A stretch of DNA of 64,000 nt from positions 352,001 to 416,000 of the forward strand of contig CAWIYV010000007.1 in NCBI GenBank assembly GCA_963840455.1. Direction: 5' to 3'. Below are positions 21,479 to 30,856 of this stretch, in pieces (the first letter of the stretch is position 1; the number at the start of each line of letters is the position of its first letter). A program made the position numbers and the translations under genes. This DNA is from Nitrospirota bacterium. GTDB lineage: Bacteria > Nitrospirota > UBA9217. A model generated the notes under the pieces. That model was not told where the DNA came from and searched no databases. It saw only the letters and a list, made by a program, of their open reading frames with translations.

Positions 21479-23488
21479 TCATTCAGGTGCTTCGTCCTGG
21501 ATGGACAGCTCTTCGTCCAGGGCGCCCTGTTCTTCGCAGTATTTTCGAGGTTCCGTGCCCGGAAGGAACGCTTCGCGAAGCGAGCTTCTGCACTGCTCAG
21601 TGCTCAGAAGGCCGGTTCGGGGATCGATGTTCCGATAGATAATGCTGTCCGGTGCGCTGAAGTCAACCGGCTCCTGGCCCTGATGGGCATATTTCATGAA
21701 TTCGAACCAGATCGGCAGGGCGGCGCGGGAGCCGGTCGCTTTGGGCCCCAGGCTCCGCTGGTCGTCAAAGCCGACCCAAACGCCTGACACCAGTGTCGGC
21801 GTATACCCGATGAACCATGCGTCGCGGTAGTCGTTCGTCGTGCCGGTCTTTCCAGCGACCGGCCTGCCGAGTTCACGCGCTTTCCATCCCGTACCGCGGT
21901 CGATGACGCCTTTCAGTAGATTCGTGACAAGATAAGCGGTCTCCGGCTTCAGGGCCTGCACCGGCATCGAATCGTTTGCATAGAGGACCCTGCCGCTGCT
22001 GTCGGTGATCAGCAGGATGGCGACCGGTTCCCGCCTGACGCCGCTGTTGGCGAAAACGGCATAGGCAGCGGTGAGTTCCAAGAGCGTTACATCGGAACTC
22101 CCCAGGGCGAGAGGGAGAACCGGTCTCAATGGGCTCCTGATACCCAAGCTCCGTGCAAAGCGTATGGTCTCGTCAATTCCGATCTTCGAGAGCATCCGCA
22201 CGGTGGGGACATTGAGGGACTGGGCCAGCGCTTTCCTGAGGGTCACGTCCCCTTGGTAGGTCTTCGTAAAGTTCTCCGGCGTCCAGGTCTTCTTGCTGTC
22301 GATCTTGATGCTCATGGGGGTATCGCTCAAGAGGTCCGCCGCGCTGTATCCCCGGTCGAGCGCAGCTGCATACACGATGGGCTTGAACGCTGAACCCGGC
22401 TGGCGCAGCGCCTGCCAGGCGCGATTGAACTGACTCTTGTTGAAATCCCGGCCGCCCACCATGGCCCGGATATGGCCCGTCGAGGGTTCAATGGCAATGA
22501 TTGCCGCCTGGAGGTGCTGATGGCCCCGGTGCTTCCGGTCGAGCTTCGCATCCAGTCTCTCCAGGCCTGCCAGCAGGGAGCGTTCTGCAAATCCTTGGAG
22601 GGTGCTGTTGATGCTGGTATAGATGTTCAGACCGCCGGAATATAGGATGCTGGAACCGAACCGCTCCTCTACCTTCTGACGGACATATTCTACGAAATAG
22701 GGGGCCGGCGCGGGTCCCTTGTGCTGGATGGTTGGCTGGGTAGGGAGCGGTGCCTGTTTTGCCTCTTCGGCCTGTGCCGGAGCAATGGCCGTTGTTTTGA
22801 CCAGCCGGTCCAAGACGTGCTTCCGTCTGGCCAGTGCATTCTCACGCGATCTGAAGGGTGAGTAATACTTCGGCGAACGGGGGATGCCCGCGAGGAGCGC
22901 GCATTCCGCAAGGTTCAGGTCCCGGGCCGGTTTCCCGAAATAGGTCTGTGCTGCCGCTTCGATGCCGTAGGCGCCGCTTCCGAAGTAGATCTGGTTCAAA
23001 TAGAGTGTGAGGATCTCCTGCTTCGTATACCGCTGTTCGATCTTAAGGGCCAGCGCCATTTCCTTAAGCTTGCGCAGATAGCTTCGTTCGGGGGTCAGGA
23101 ACAGGACTTTCGCGAGCTGCTGGGTCAGGGTGCTGCCGCCCTCGAGGACCTTTCCGCCCTGTACGTTCCGCACAAGCGCCCGCACGATACCTCGGTAATC
23201 AAGGCCCCTGTGGGAATAGAACCTCGTGTCCTCAGTTGCAATGAGCGCCTTGATGAGCACCTCCGGCACGCTGGCAAGCTGCACGGGCGTGCGGTTCTCG
23301 ACGAAGAACTCCGCAAGGAGCTGGTTCGAGTCAGAATAGACGCGGGTAGTGATGCTCGGCTTGAAATGTTCAAGGGCCTGGACCTCAGGAAGGTCCCAGG
23401 CAGAATACAGGACAAAACCCACCAAGCTGCCGATAAGGACCGCCATAAACGCAAGGAAGGTATAGGTAAGGAGCGACTTTGCTGTCAT
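21479..23488 (-). CDS. mrcA: Class A penicillin-binding protein 1A
   Basis: TG motifs EDTRF, GGSTLTQQ, RKLKE; TP motifs SAFK, SLN, KTG. Confidence 0.93.
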   Translation of the reverse strand: MTAKSLLTYTFLAFMAVLIGSLVGFVLYSAWDLPEVQALEHFKPSITTRVYSDSNQLLAEFFVENRTPVQLASVPEVLIKALIATEDTRFYSHRGLDYRGIVRALVRNVQGGKVLEGGSTLTQQLAKVLFLTPERSYLRKLKEMALALKIEQRYTKQEILTLYLNQIYFGSGAYGIEAAAQTYFGKPARDLNLAECALLAGIPRSPKYYSPFRSRENALARRKHVLDRLVKTTAIAPAQAEEAKQAPLPTQPTIQHKGPAPAPYFVEYVRQKVEERFGSSILYSGGLNIYTSINSTLQGFAERSLLAGLERLDAKLDRKHRGHQHLQAAIIAIEPSTGHIRAMVGGRDFNKSQFNRAWQALRQPGSAFKPIVYAAALDRGYSAADLLSDTPMSIKIDSKKTWTPENFTKTYQGDVTLRKALAQSLNVPTVRMLSKIGIDETIRFARSLGIRSPLRPVLPLALGSSDVTLLELTAAYAVFANSGVRREPVAILLITDSSGRVLYANDSMPVQALKPETAYLVTNLLKGVIDRGTGWKARELGRPVAGKTGTTNDYRDAWFIGYTPTLVSGVWVGFDDQRSLGPKATGSRAALPIWFEFMKYAHQGQEPVDFSAPDSIIYRNIDPRTGLLSTEQCRSSLREAFLPGTEPRKYCEEQGALDEELSIQDEAPE

Positions 23489-23494
23489 GGCGGC

Positions 23495-23523
23495 ATTATA
23501 CAATGTCGATGCAGGAAATGCAA
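23495..23523 (-). promoter_or_regulatory. Sigma70 promoter for PBP1A (probably leaderless)
   Basis: TTGCAT-17-TATAAT, 6 nt before ATG 23488; no SD. Confidence 0.65.
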
Positions 23524-23648
23524 AATCGTGTTGTTCTTCCTGAGCGGCCTCATCGTGAAGAGGGTATGCTCTTGAATTTTATCAGGGGAGATGCTATGCT
23601 TATTCATGAGCGACATCAAATCATTCATATTGTCAACAGGAGGACGCC

Positions 23649-24227
23649 ATGCCGTACACTGCAAAGGATTACAGCCCATTGGTCGGACTGAAGGGATTCA
23701 GTGAAACGCTGCTCAAGAACCACTTTACCCTGTATCAGGGATATGTAACGAACACCAACAAGGTCGCCGACACGCTGGCGCAGATGCTGAAGGAGGGAAA
23801 GACGGGGACACCCGAATTCGCAGAGCTGAAGCGCCGCTTCGGGTGGGAATTCAACGGCATGCGGCTCCATGAGCTCTACTTCGAGAACATGAAGGGGAGC
23901 GGCGGCATCGACAAGTCCGGAAAACTGGCCAAGAGGATGGAAATGCAGTTTGGCAGCATCGATGCGTGGGAAAAGGACTTCAAGGCCTGCGGCACGATGC
24001 GGGGGATCGGATGGGTGGTCCTTTACCATGACGAGGCCGGTCACCGGCTGTTCAATTCCTGGATCAATGAGCATGATGTGGCCCATCTTGCCGGATGTGC
24101 CCCAATCCTGATCATGGATGTCTTCGAACATGCATATTTTACCGACTATCAATTGAAACGTGCGGATTACATCGATGCATTCTTTGCGAATATCAACTGG
24201 CAGGCCGCAGAGTCCCGTATCAAGTGA
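23649..24227 (+). CDS. Fe/Mn superoxide dismutase family protein
   Basis: Metal ligands NH, LHELYF and DVFEHAY; GGAGG RBS. Confidence 0.88.
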   Translation: MPYTAKDYSPLVGLKGFSETLLKNHFTLYQGYVTNTNKVADTLAQMLKEGKTGTPEFAELKRRFGWEFNGMRLHELYFENMKGSGGIDKSGKLAKRMEMQFGSIDAWEKDFKACGTMRGIGWVVLYHDEAGHRLFNSWINEHDVAHLAGCAPILIMDVFEHAYFTDYQLKRADYIDAFFANINWQAAESRIK

Positions 24228-24757
24228 TGCAAAAGGGTCTGGTCATCGTTTTTACGGGAGACGGCAAGGGCAAGACCTCTGCGGCGCTCGGCACGGCGCT
24301 TCGTGCCTGCGGACACAACATGCATGTGTCCATGATCCAGTTCGTGAAAAGCCCGACGGACAGCGGGGAAGAGCGCGCCGCAGAACTGCTCAAACCGGGA
24401 TTCGAGATGATCACCACGGGCAGGGGGTTCGTGAACATTCCGGGGCATACGGTCCCCCTGCCGGACCACAAGAAAGCCGCAGAAGATGCCTTTGCCCTGG
24501 CCCAGCAACGGATATCGTCGGGTTACTGGGATATCGTCATCCTTGATGAGATCAATGTTGCCGTAGACCTCGGGCTTATCGACCGGGAAGAGCTTCTGGA
24601 GCACCTCAAGAACAAGCCGCAGAAACTGCATGTGATCCTTACGGGCAGAAATGCTCATCCCGACCTTATCGCCATGGCAGACATAGTCACGGAAATGCGT
24701 TCACTGAAGCATCCCTATGATGTCGGGGTTGCCGCACAGAAAGGAATCGACTTCTGA
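24227..24757 (+). CDS. cobO: Cob(I)yrinic acid a,c-diamide adenosyltransferase (CobO/BtuR/CobA type)
   Basis: TGDGKGKTSAALG, QFVK, ILDEI, LTGR, KHPY...GIDF. TGATG overlap with SOD. Confidence 0.92.
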   Translation: MQKGLVIVFTGDGKGKTSAALGTALRACGHNMHVSMIQFVKSPTDSGEERAAELLKPGFEMITTGRGFVNIPGHTVPLPDHKKAAEDAFALAQQRISSGYWDIVILDEINVAVDLGLIDREELLEHLKNKPQKLHVILTGRNAHPDLIAMADIVTEMRSLKHPYDVGVAAQKGIDF

Positions 24758-24822
24758 CAAGTCAGTTGCAGCTGTTTGCCCGCGTTCTTCTCGCTGTTCA
24801 GCTAGGTATCCTCTTGATTACC

Positions 24823-24851
24823 TTGACAAAACTTGCAGGCTTAGGTATAGT
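24823..24851 (+). promoter_or_regulatory. Sigma70 promoter P1 upstream of the LPP20-like cluster
   Basis: TTGACA-17-TATAGT. Confidence 0.6.
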
Positions 24852-24948
24852 TTCACGTCAGTTCTCTTATATCCTGTCTGGTCACACTACCGCGCCGCGT
24901 TCCCCGGTTAACGTAAGGTGATTAGTGTAAGGTGAATTGTACCTTGAC

Positions 24949-24977
24949 TTGCACTACTTTCTGTGAAATTCTATAAT
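24949..24977 (+). promoter_or_regulatory. Sigma70 promoter P2 upstream of the LPP20-like cluster
   Basis: TTGCAC-17-TATAAT. Confidence 0.55.
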
Positions 24978-25109
24978 ATATAAAAGAGCGTCGTTCAAGG
25001 GGGAGGTGAGCAATAGAGCTGTCTTGCTGATCGGCAGGACGTATTTTGCAGGTCCTGATCTTCGATAAATATATTTATATACTTTTGCTAATCCAGAAGG
25101 AGGTATACC

Positions 25110-25964
25110 ATGCGTGGTGGAAAGAACGTTTCATTCGTATTGCTGGCAGTGGTTATCATGATATTGTTGGGCAGCAACGCATTTGCTCAGCTCGTGGGCA
25201 CGGTAAAGGATGTGGAGACGTCGGTCGGATCGTCCGGCAAGATCGACTGGACGACCGGGGTGATCACCGCAGTAGGTATCGGGGCGCCTCCGGCACAACC
25301 GGCAAATGCGGCGCAGGCCCGTGCCATGGCAGAGCGCGCAGCACAGGTCGTTGCGTACCGGAACCTGCTTGAGGCGGTGAAGGGCGTCCGTATCGATTCG
25401 ACAACAACGGTGGAGAACTTCATGGTCACCAGCGATGTGGTCCGCACCCAGGTCAGCGGGTTTGTGCAGGGAGCAATGGTCATGGACAAGAAATATATGT
25501 CCGATGGATCAGTCGAGGTCACCGTGGGAATGAAGCTGACCGGCGCGCTCGCTGATTCGCTGCTCCCCAAGACTCCGACGGCGCCGCCAACGGGTATTGT
25601 TACGACTCCCGGCGTGACCGGCCAAGCATTTACCGGGCTTATCGTTGACGCCCGCGGGCTCGGCGTCAGGCCGGCCATGGCCCCCAAGATCCTGAACGAG
25701 GACGGCAAGGAGGTCTATGGTTCAGCATGGATCAACCGCGACTGGGCCGTCCGCGAAGGCATGGCTGGCTACCTGAAGGACCCGCTGCAGGCGCAGCAGA
25801 ACCCCCGTGTCACCGACAAGCCGCTCCTCGTAAAGGCCATCAAGGCCTCGGGCGATGCACGGGTCGATGTGGTGATCTCCAATGCTGATGCCGCCATGCT
25901 CCAGGGCGCTGCACAGAACCTGAGCTTCCTGGAGAAGTGCAAAGTGATCATCCTGGTTGATTAA
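25110..25964 (+). CDS. Exported LPP20-like domain protein
   Basis: Sec signal (AFA). IDW..G.I.A.GIG, A.RAA...AYRNLLE.V.GV pattern; AGGAGG RBS. Confidence 0.7.
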   Translation: MRGGKNVSFVLLAVVIMILLGSNAFAQLVGTVKDVETSVGSSGKIDWTTGVITAVGIGAPPAQPANAAQARAMAERAAQVVAYRNLLEAVKGVRIDSTTTVENFMVTSDVVRTQVSGFVQGAMVMDKKYMSDGSVEVTVGMKLTGALADSLLPKTPTAPPTGIVTTPGVTGQAFTGLIVDARGLGVRPAMAPKILNEDGKEVYGSAWINRDWAVREGMAGYLKDPLQAQQNPRVTDKPLLVKAIKASGDARVDVVISNADAAMLQGAAQNLSFLEKCKVIILVD

Positions 25965-26041
25965 CACTTACGCTACGGCGTTCTCTCTTGTTGTTGAAGG
26001 CTGTGGATGAGGACGGAAAAATACACGAACGGAGGTTCGGC

Positions 26042-27217
26042 ATGTTTACCAATATGAAGCGGCTCATGACACTGATGGTCGTTATCGCTGCCCTCGTTGC
26101 AGTCGGATGCGGCCCCAAGGCGGCGCCCTCGACGTCGGTAATGGATACGCCCGAATATCATTATAGTCAGGGTCTCAAGTATCTCGACAAGGAACAGATT
26201 GACGAAGCCATGAAATCGTTCGACCGCGCCGTTGCGCTCGACCCCAAATCGCCGCTTGGCTACATTGGAAAGGGCCTTGCCTTTGGCAAGAAGGGCGATT
26301 TCAAGCTGGCCTACGAGAATATGGAGAAAGGGAAGAGCCATGAGGCAAAGGGCATCGAGGCCAGGATCGGCATGATCCGTCTCTACAGCCTGCAAATGGT
26401 GAAGGAACAGGCCAAAGTAAAAAGCCTGATCAAGGACGCTGAGAGCGAATTTAAAACCGCCAATGAAAAGGATCCGAACAACGCCAGGCTTCACTTTTAC
26501 ATGGGCATGGCCTACAAAGTGGCCCTTGACTTCGACAAGGCGGCGCCTATGTTCCGTACCGTCCTGGACCTGAACAAGGACTTTACCGGTGAAGCAAACG
26601 CCGAATGGGCCTTGATCCAGAAGATCCAGCGTGCAGCGCCGGGTACCGAGATCGGCAAGAAGATCGCGCTCATAGACAAGATCGACCGGGCCGATGTCGC
26701 CGCGCTCTTCGATCAGGAAATGAACCTGGAGAAGCTCTTTACCAAGCGCGGGACCAAGACCTACGACACGACGTTCAAAGCACCCACGGAGTCGTCAACG
26801 CAGTTCTCCCCCGATAAGACGGTGAAGATGGAGGCTGCGACCGACATCAATGACAGCTGGCTCAAGCCGAGCATTGAGACGATCCTGAAGCTCCAGGTCC
26901 GCGGTCTCGAGGCGGGCCCGAACCACACCTTCGAACCGAACAAGCGCATTACCAAAGGCGAGTTCGCCGTGATGCTCGAGGACATCCTGATCAAGGTGTC
27001 TGGCGATGAGAAGCTTGCCACGAAGTTCCTCGGCGCAACCTCGCCGTTCCCCGATGTCCGGAACGACCAGTACTTCTTCAGCGCGGTCATGACCGTGACC
27101 TCGCGGAACTTCCTCGAGGCTGACAAGGCTACGGGCGAGTTCAAGCCCGGCGATCCCGTTTCCGGCGCTGATGCCCTGCTTTCTATCCGTGAGTTCAAGA
27201 ACCAGCTGAAATTCTGA
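26042..27217 (+). CDS. TPR-repeat lipoprotein with C-terminal SLH-like domains
   Basis: Lipobox AVGC; TPRs; FEPNKRITKGEFA, FPDV and FKPGDPVSGADA. Confidence 0.75.
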   Translation: MFTNMKRLMTLMVVIAALVAVGCGPKAAPSTSVMDTPEYHYSQGLKYLDKEQIDEAMKSFDRAVALDPKSPLGYIGKGLAFGKKGDFKLAYENMEKGKSHEAKGIEARIGMIRLYSLQMVKEQAKVKSLIKDAESEFKTANEKDPNNARLHFYMGMAYKVALDFDKAAPMFRTVLDLNKDFTGEANAEWALIQKIQRAAPGTEIGKKIALIDKIDRADVAALFDQEMNLEKLFTKRGTKTYDTTFKAPTESSTQFSPDKTVKMEAATDINDSWLKPSIETILKLQVRGLEAGPNHTFEPNKRITKGEFAVMLEDILIKVSGDEKLATKFLGATSPFPDVRNDQYFFSAVMTVTSRNFLEADKATGEFKPGDPVSGADALLSIREFKNQLKF

Positions 27218-27230
27218 TCCCGAGCGACAG

Positions 27231-27262
27231 GGCCCGCCCTCGAACCGGGGCGGGCCTTTTTT
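27231..27262 (+). terminator. Rho-independent terminator
   Basis: GGCCCGCCC / GGGCGGGCC stem followed by T6. Confidence 0.75.
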
Positions 27263-27266
27263 CCCC

Positions 27267-28649
27267 ATGCAGAACAAATACTATTCCCTATTGATCGTCA
27301 TGCTCGTCATGATGTCCGCAACGGGTTCTCATGCCAGCCTCAAGGTACTGGATGGCGAGCATACGGTCACCTATGATATCGTCAACCCGCGAGGGGTCGC
27401 ATTCATCCCTGATTATTCGAACGAATCCTTTACGCAGAAAGTGCTCAGCCAGGACGAATTCAGCAAGCGGGTCCAGGTCACATCCCGGATGCATCCGATG
27501 AAGACCCGGGTTCCCTATCCGGTCCCGGCCGGTTCGATCCCCGGCGCGCTCCAGCAGTACCTGGTGCCTGAGCGCGATCGGCAATCGGGCGATCCGAACA
27601 TCAGCAGGCTCGCGCGTGAGCTTGCCCGGGGCAGCAGGTATGCCCATGAGGCCGCGAACAGCATTCTCTCCTGGATCGCAGATAACCTGGCCTTTGATAC
27701 GAGCATCACGGTACCGCCCGATGCGGTGTCTGCGCTGCAATACCGGAAGGCCTTTTGCGTCGGGTATTCCAATCTGGCGGTTGCCATGCTTCGTGCAGCA
27801 GGTATTCCGGCGCGGGTAGCGCATGGGTACCTGCCACCAGGCTACGAATGGGGCTTTACCAAGGACTACTGGGGCGTCAAGGTGAACGATGGAGGATTCC
27901 ATGCCTATCTGGAGATCTATTACCCGGACACGGGATGGGTGTTCACCGATGCCGAGCATTCCCATTTTTTTGTAGACCCCTTCCACATCATTCTCCGTCT
28001 CGACGGCATGGAAATGCCCGGCGTCTACAAGGGAGGATACCTGGAGGTCGACAAAGCGACCTTCTACACGATCTTCCATGAGGAGGACCGGACCTCCCCG
28101 GTCGATGAGCTACCGCTGCCGAAGCAGAATCGGCTTGGGCGCAGAATGGACGGCCGTCAGCATTCCGCACTGGTGTCCGGATCGGTGAGCGACAGGTCCG
28201 GCACTCCGGTCGGAAAAGGGACCGCGGTCCTCTGGAAGGACGGCCGCGGTTCTCAGCATCCTTTCAATGACGGCAGGTATGTCATCGCGGTGAACAATGC
28301 CGGGAAGTACCGCATCGATGTCAAAGGTCCGGGTTTTGCCAAGGCATCCCATGAACTCCAGATCGAAGAGGGCAAGGTCTATCGCAAGGACTTTACCCTT
28401 GCCCCTGGCGGTGTGATCAAGGGCAAGGTCGTCGATGTTGCGGGCAGGGCCCTGCAGGAGGGGGATGTATTTTACCGGGACGGCAACACCAGCTTCGGTG
28501 TTCCCCTCGACACTGACGGGACGTACCGGATCGAAGGTCTTGCTCCGGGCCAGTATAAAGTTACGGTTACCGCAGGGGAGAAGAGCTATTCTCAACAGGT
28601 GCAGGTAGAGGCCGGGAAAGAGAGCGTGCAGGATTTTATGGTCAAGTGA
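27267..28649 (+). CDS. Exported transglutaminase-like protein with two carboxypeptidase-regulatory-like (Ig) domains
   Basis: Signal peptide. Triad contexts FCVGYS..LRAAGIPAR, FHAYLE, GWVFTD; two C-terminal beta-sandwich repeats. Confidence 0.8.
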   Translation: MQNKYYSLLIVMLVMMSATGSHASLKVLDGEHTVTYDIVNPRGVAFIPDYSNESFTQKVLSQDEFSKRVQVTSRMHPMKTRVPYPVPAGSIPGALQQYLVPERDRQSGDPNISRLARELARGSRYAHEAANSILSWIADNLAFDTSITVPPDAVSALQYRKAFCVGYSNLAVAMLRAAGIPARVAHGYLPPGYEWGFTKDYWGVKVNDGGFHAYLEIYYPDTGWVFTDAEHSHFFVDPFHIILRLDGMEMPGVYKGGYLEVDKATFYTIFHEEDRTSPVDELPLPKQNRLGRRMDGRQHSALVSGSVSDRSGTPVGKGTAVLWKDGRGSQHPFNDGRYVIAVNNAGKYRIDVKGPGFAKASHELQIEEGKVYRKDFTLAPGGVIKGKVVDVAGRALQEGDVFYRDGNTSFGVPLDTDGTYRIEGLAPGQYKVTVTAGEKSYSQQVQVEAGKESVQDFMVK

Positions 28650-28790
28650 GCAGATCCCTATCGTATGTAGTCTGCGATGCACCATGTCCATTGAATCCAG
28701 GAACGAGCAATGAGAATGACGAAGCTGCCATAAGGGTCGAAGATCCTCAACAGCTTGCTGCAGGGAGCTTCATTATGATCGGAGTGAAAC

Positions 28791-29861
28791 ATGCATAACC
28801 GTTTTGTATTCGTGTTCATGATTATATTCCTTATGATCCAAGCGGCGGCCTCTTCCGCTCAGCCCATGAACCCGTCTGATGCCGTGGAAACCGTTGGCCA
28901 GGGTATGATCAACTGGACGTCGGGCGAAGTGTATGCAACAGGGATCGGAGCTCCACCGCCGAACGCGGTGAACCCGGCGCAGGCACGGGCAATGGCTGAA
29001 CGGGCCGCACAGGTGATTGCCTACCGGAACCTTCTGGAGATCGTCAAGGGCGTCCGGGTGGACTCCGAGACGGTGGTCGAAAATTTCATGACCAAGAGCG
29101 ACGTCATCAGGACCAAAGTGGACGGCATCATAAAAGGGGCAATGCCAATCAAGAAACAGTACCTGTCGGACGGTTCTGTGGAAGTGACGGTGGTCATGCG
29201 TATGAAAGGTGAGTTCCTGAATGCCGTCGTACCAGAAACGTTCGGAAGCTCGATGCTCCCGACTCCATCAGTGAGACCTGCGCCGTCGGTCCCGCTTCCG
29301 GCGCCACCGAAGCAAGCTCCTGTGCCGCCGCCTGCTCCGGACAAGAGACCGGAACCTCCCCGCGTGGAGCCGACAAAACCGGCGCCGGTGCCGCCGCAGC
29401 TGGAGAAGAAGCCAGAACCGCCGAAAATGACGACTCAGCAGCCGCAATCTGAGAAAAAGGCCGAACCGCAGCAACAGCCGCCGGTCGTCACACCTGACCA
29501 GTCCACCACCCAGTTCAAGGGCGGGAAGGCCACGGGTCTAGTCATCGACGGAAGAGGCCTCGGCCTTAAGCCCGCACTCCTTCCGAAGATTGTCGACCCG
29601 CAGGGGCAGGAGATCTATGTTGGCCAGGTGGTTCCCAGGACCAATGCCGTCGAGCAGGGGGTGGCAGGGTATGCAAAGGACGTTAATGCGGCAGCGAATA
29701 ATTTCCGTGTGACCGACAACCCTGCCGTGATCCGGGGGCTCCGTGCATCCGGCGCCGCCCGTACCGATATTATGTTGAGCCAGACCGATGCTCAAATGCT
29801 TCGCGATCTGGGCAAGAAGGGCGATTTCCTGCAGTATTGCAGGGTCATAATCGTTTATTAG
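28791..29861 (+). CDS. Exported LPP20-like paralog with Pro-rich linker
   Basis: Closely parallels 25110-25964 (ARAMAERAAQV.AYRNLLE.VKGVR), with a long Pro/Lys/Glu-rich insertion. Confidence 0.72.
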   Translation: MHNRFVFVFMIIFLMIQAAASSAQPMNPSDAVETVGQGMINWTSGEVYATGIGAPPPNAVNPAQARAMAERAAQVIAYRNLLEIVKGVRVDSETVVENFMTKSDVIRTKVDGIIKGAMPIKKQYLSDGSVEVTVVMRMKGEFLNAVVPETFGSSMLPTPSVRPAPSVPLPAPPKQAPVPPPAPDKRPEPPRVEPTKPAPVPPQLEKKPEPPKMTTQQPQSEKKAEPQQQPPVVTPDQSTTQFKGGKATGLVIDGRGLGLKPALLPKIVDPQGQEIYVGQVVPRTNAVEQGVAGYAKDVNAAANNFRVTDNPAVIRGLRASGAARTDIMLSQTDAQMLRDLGKKGDFLQYCRVIIVY

Positions 29862-29937
29862 AAGGTCCACGCGAATGCAGTCATTCTCTGCTGCCATTCG
29901 CTGAACAACTTCGTCAAGGGTACTCAGGAGGTTTTCG

Positions 29938-30699
29938 ATGAGAGCGTTCACAGGCAAAATGGCCCGCATCGTCATTGCAGCGGTTTTGATCGCTGGAATT
30001 TCCGTTTCGAGAGGTTCTGCGGATGATTCAGCAGCCGTGGTGACCAGGCTTGACGGCAGCGCCACGGTTTTCGCTAGGGGAGCGAAGATCGGGAAACCAT
30101 TGAAGAAGAACAATAAGATCACGAAAGGCCAGGAAGTGAAGGTCGGGGAGAGGTCCAGGCTCGAACTGAAATATCCCGATGGCACGGTCATGCGTTTTGC
30201 AGAACGATCTGTTATAAAAATGGACGACATCTCCTATGACAGTAAGACCCAGAACAAAAAGGTGAGGGTCGATCTCGGAGGCGGCAAGCTCTGGGCGAAT
30301 GTAAAGAAGCTCGCCACCTCCGACTCCCGGGTGGAGGTGAAGACCGTGAATGCCGTCGCGGGCGTACGGGGGACCGTCTACCGGGTCAATGTGGATGAGG
30401 ATAACAGCGCCATGGTCAAGGTCTATGACGGCTCTGTCAATGTGACCGGGGTGTCGAAGGAACAACCGAAGACGCCGGGGCAGGTTACCGCTCCGGTTCC
30501 AGTGCCCGGTCCGCATGAGGTCCCGCCGCCGTATCACGAGGTGTCCATGGAGGAGTGGACGGTGATCGTGAAAGCCATGCAGCAGATCTCCATTTCGCCG
30601 CAGGGGGTGGCTTCGGAGCCGCAGGATTTTACACCACAGCAGGACATGGATGACTGGGTAAAGTGGAACCAGGAGCGCGACAAACAGCTTGACCAATAG
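29938..30699 (+). CDS. Exported FecR-domain protein
   Basis: Signal-like N-terminus; SRLEL.YPDGT, G.LWANV, T.NAVAGVRGT, VKVYDGSV. Confidence 0.78.
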   Translation: MRAFTGKMARIVIAAVLIAGISVSRGSADDSAAVVTRLDGSATVFARGAKIGKPLKKNNKITKGQEVKVGERSRLELKYPDGTVMRFAERSVIKMDDISYDSKTQNKKVRVDLGGGKLWANVKKLATSDSRVEVKTVNAVAGVRGTVYRVNVDEDNSAMVKVYDGSVNVTGVSKEQPKTPGQVTAPVPVPGPHEVPPPYHEVSMEEWTVIVKAMQQISISPQGVASEPQDFTPQQDMDDWVKWNQERDKQLDQ

Positions 30700-30729
30700 C
30701 GCTGAGCCCTGCGAAGAGGCATATCCTGC

Positions 30730-30761
30730 GCCGTTCCGGGTACGTACCGGAACGGCTTTTT
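30730..30761 (+). terminator. Rho-independent terminator
   Basis: GCCGTTCCGG / CCGGAACGGC 10-bp stem plus T5. Confidence 0.8.
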
Positions 30762-30780
30762 ATTTACCGGAAATATAATC

Positions 30781-30809
30781 TTGACACCTGCGCGGTGGCA
30801 TGGTATAAA
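30781..30809 (+). promoter_or_regulatory. Sigma70 promoter of the fur-feoB operon
   Basis: TTGACA-17-(TGn)TATAAA. Confidence 0.7.
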
Positions 30810-30818
30810 TCGCCATAT

Positions 30819-30833
30819 TGAAAATGGTTATCA
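30819..30833. promoter_or_regulatory. Fur box
   Basis: TGAAAAT-G-GTTATCA matches 12/14 of the 7-1-7 consensus TGATAAT-N-ATTATCA, just downstream of the promoter. Confidence 0.7.
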
Positions 30834-30856
30834 TATTCAATGAACGGCAATGAACA

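Noticed and set aside
24758-25109. Cobalamin riboswitch near cobO
   Set aside because: No B12-box or conserved core was recognised, and the region is downstream of cobO.
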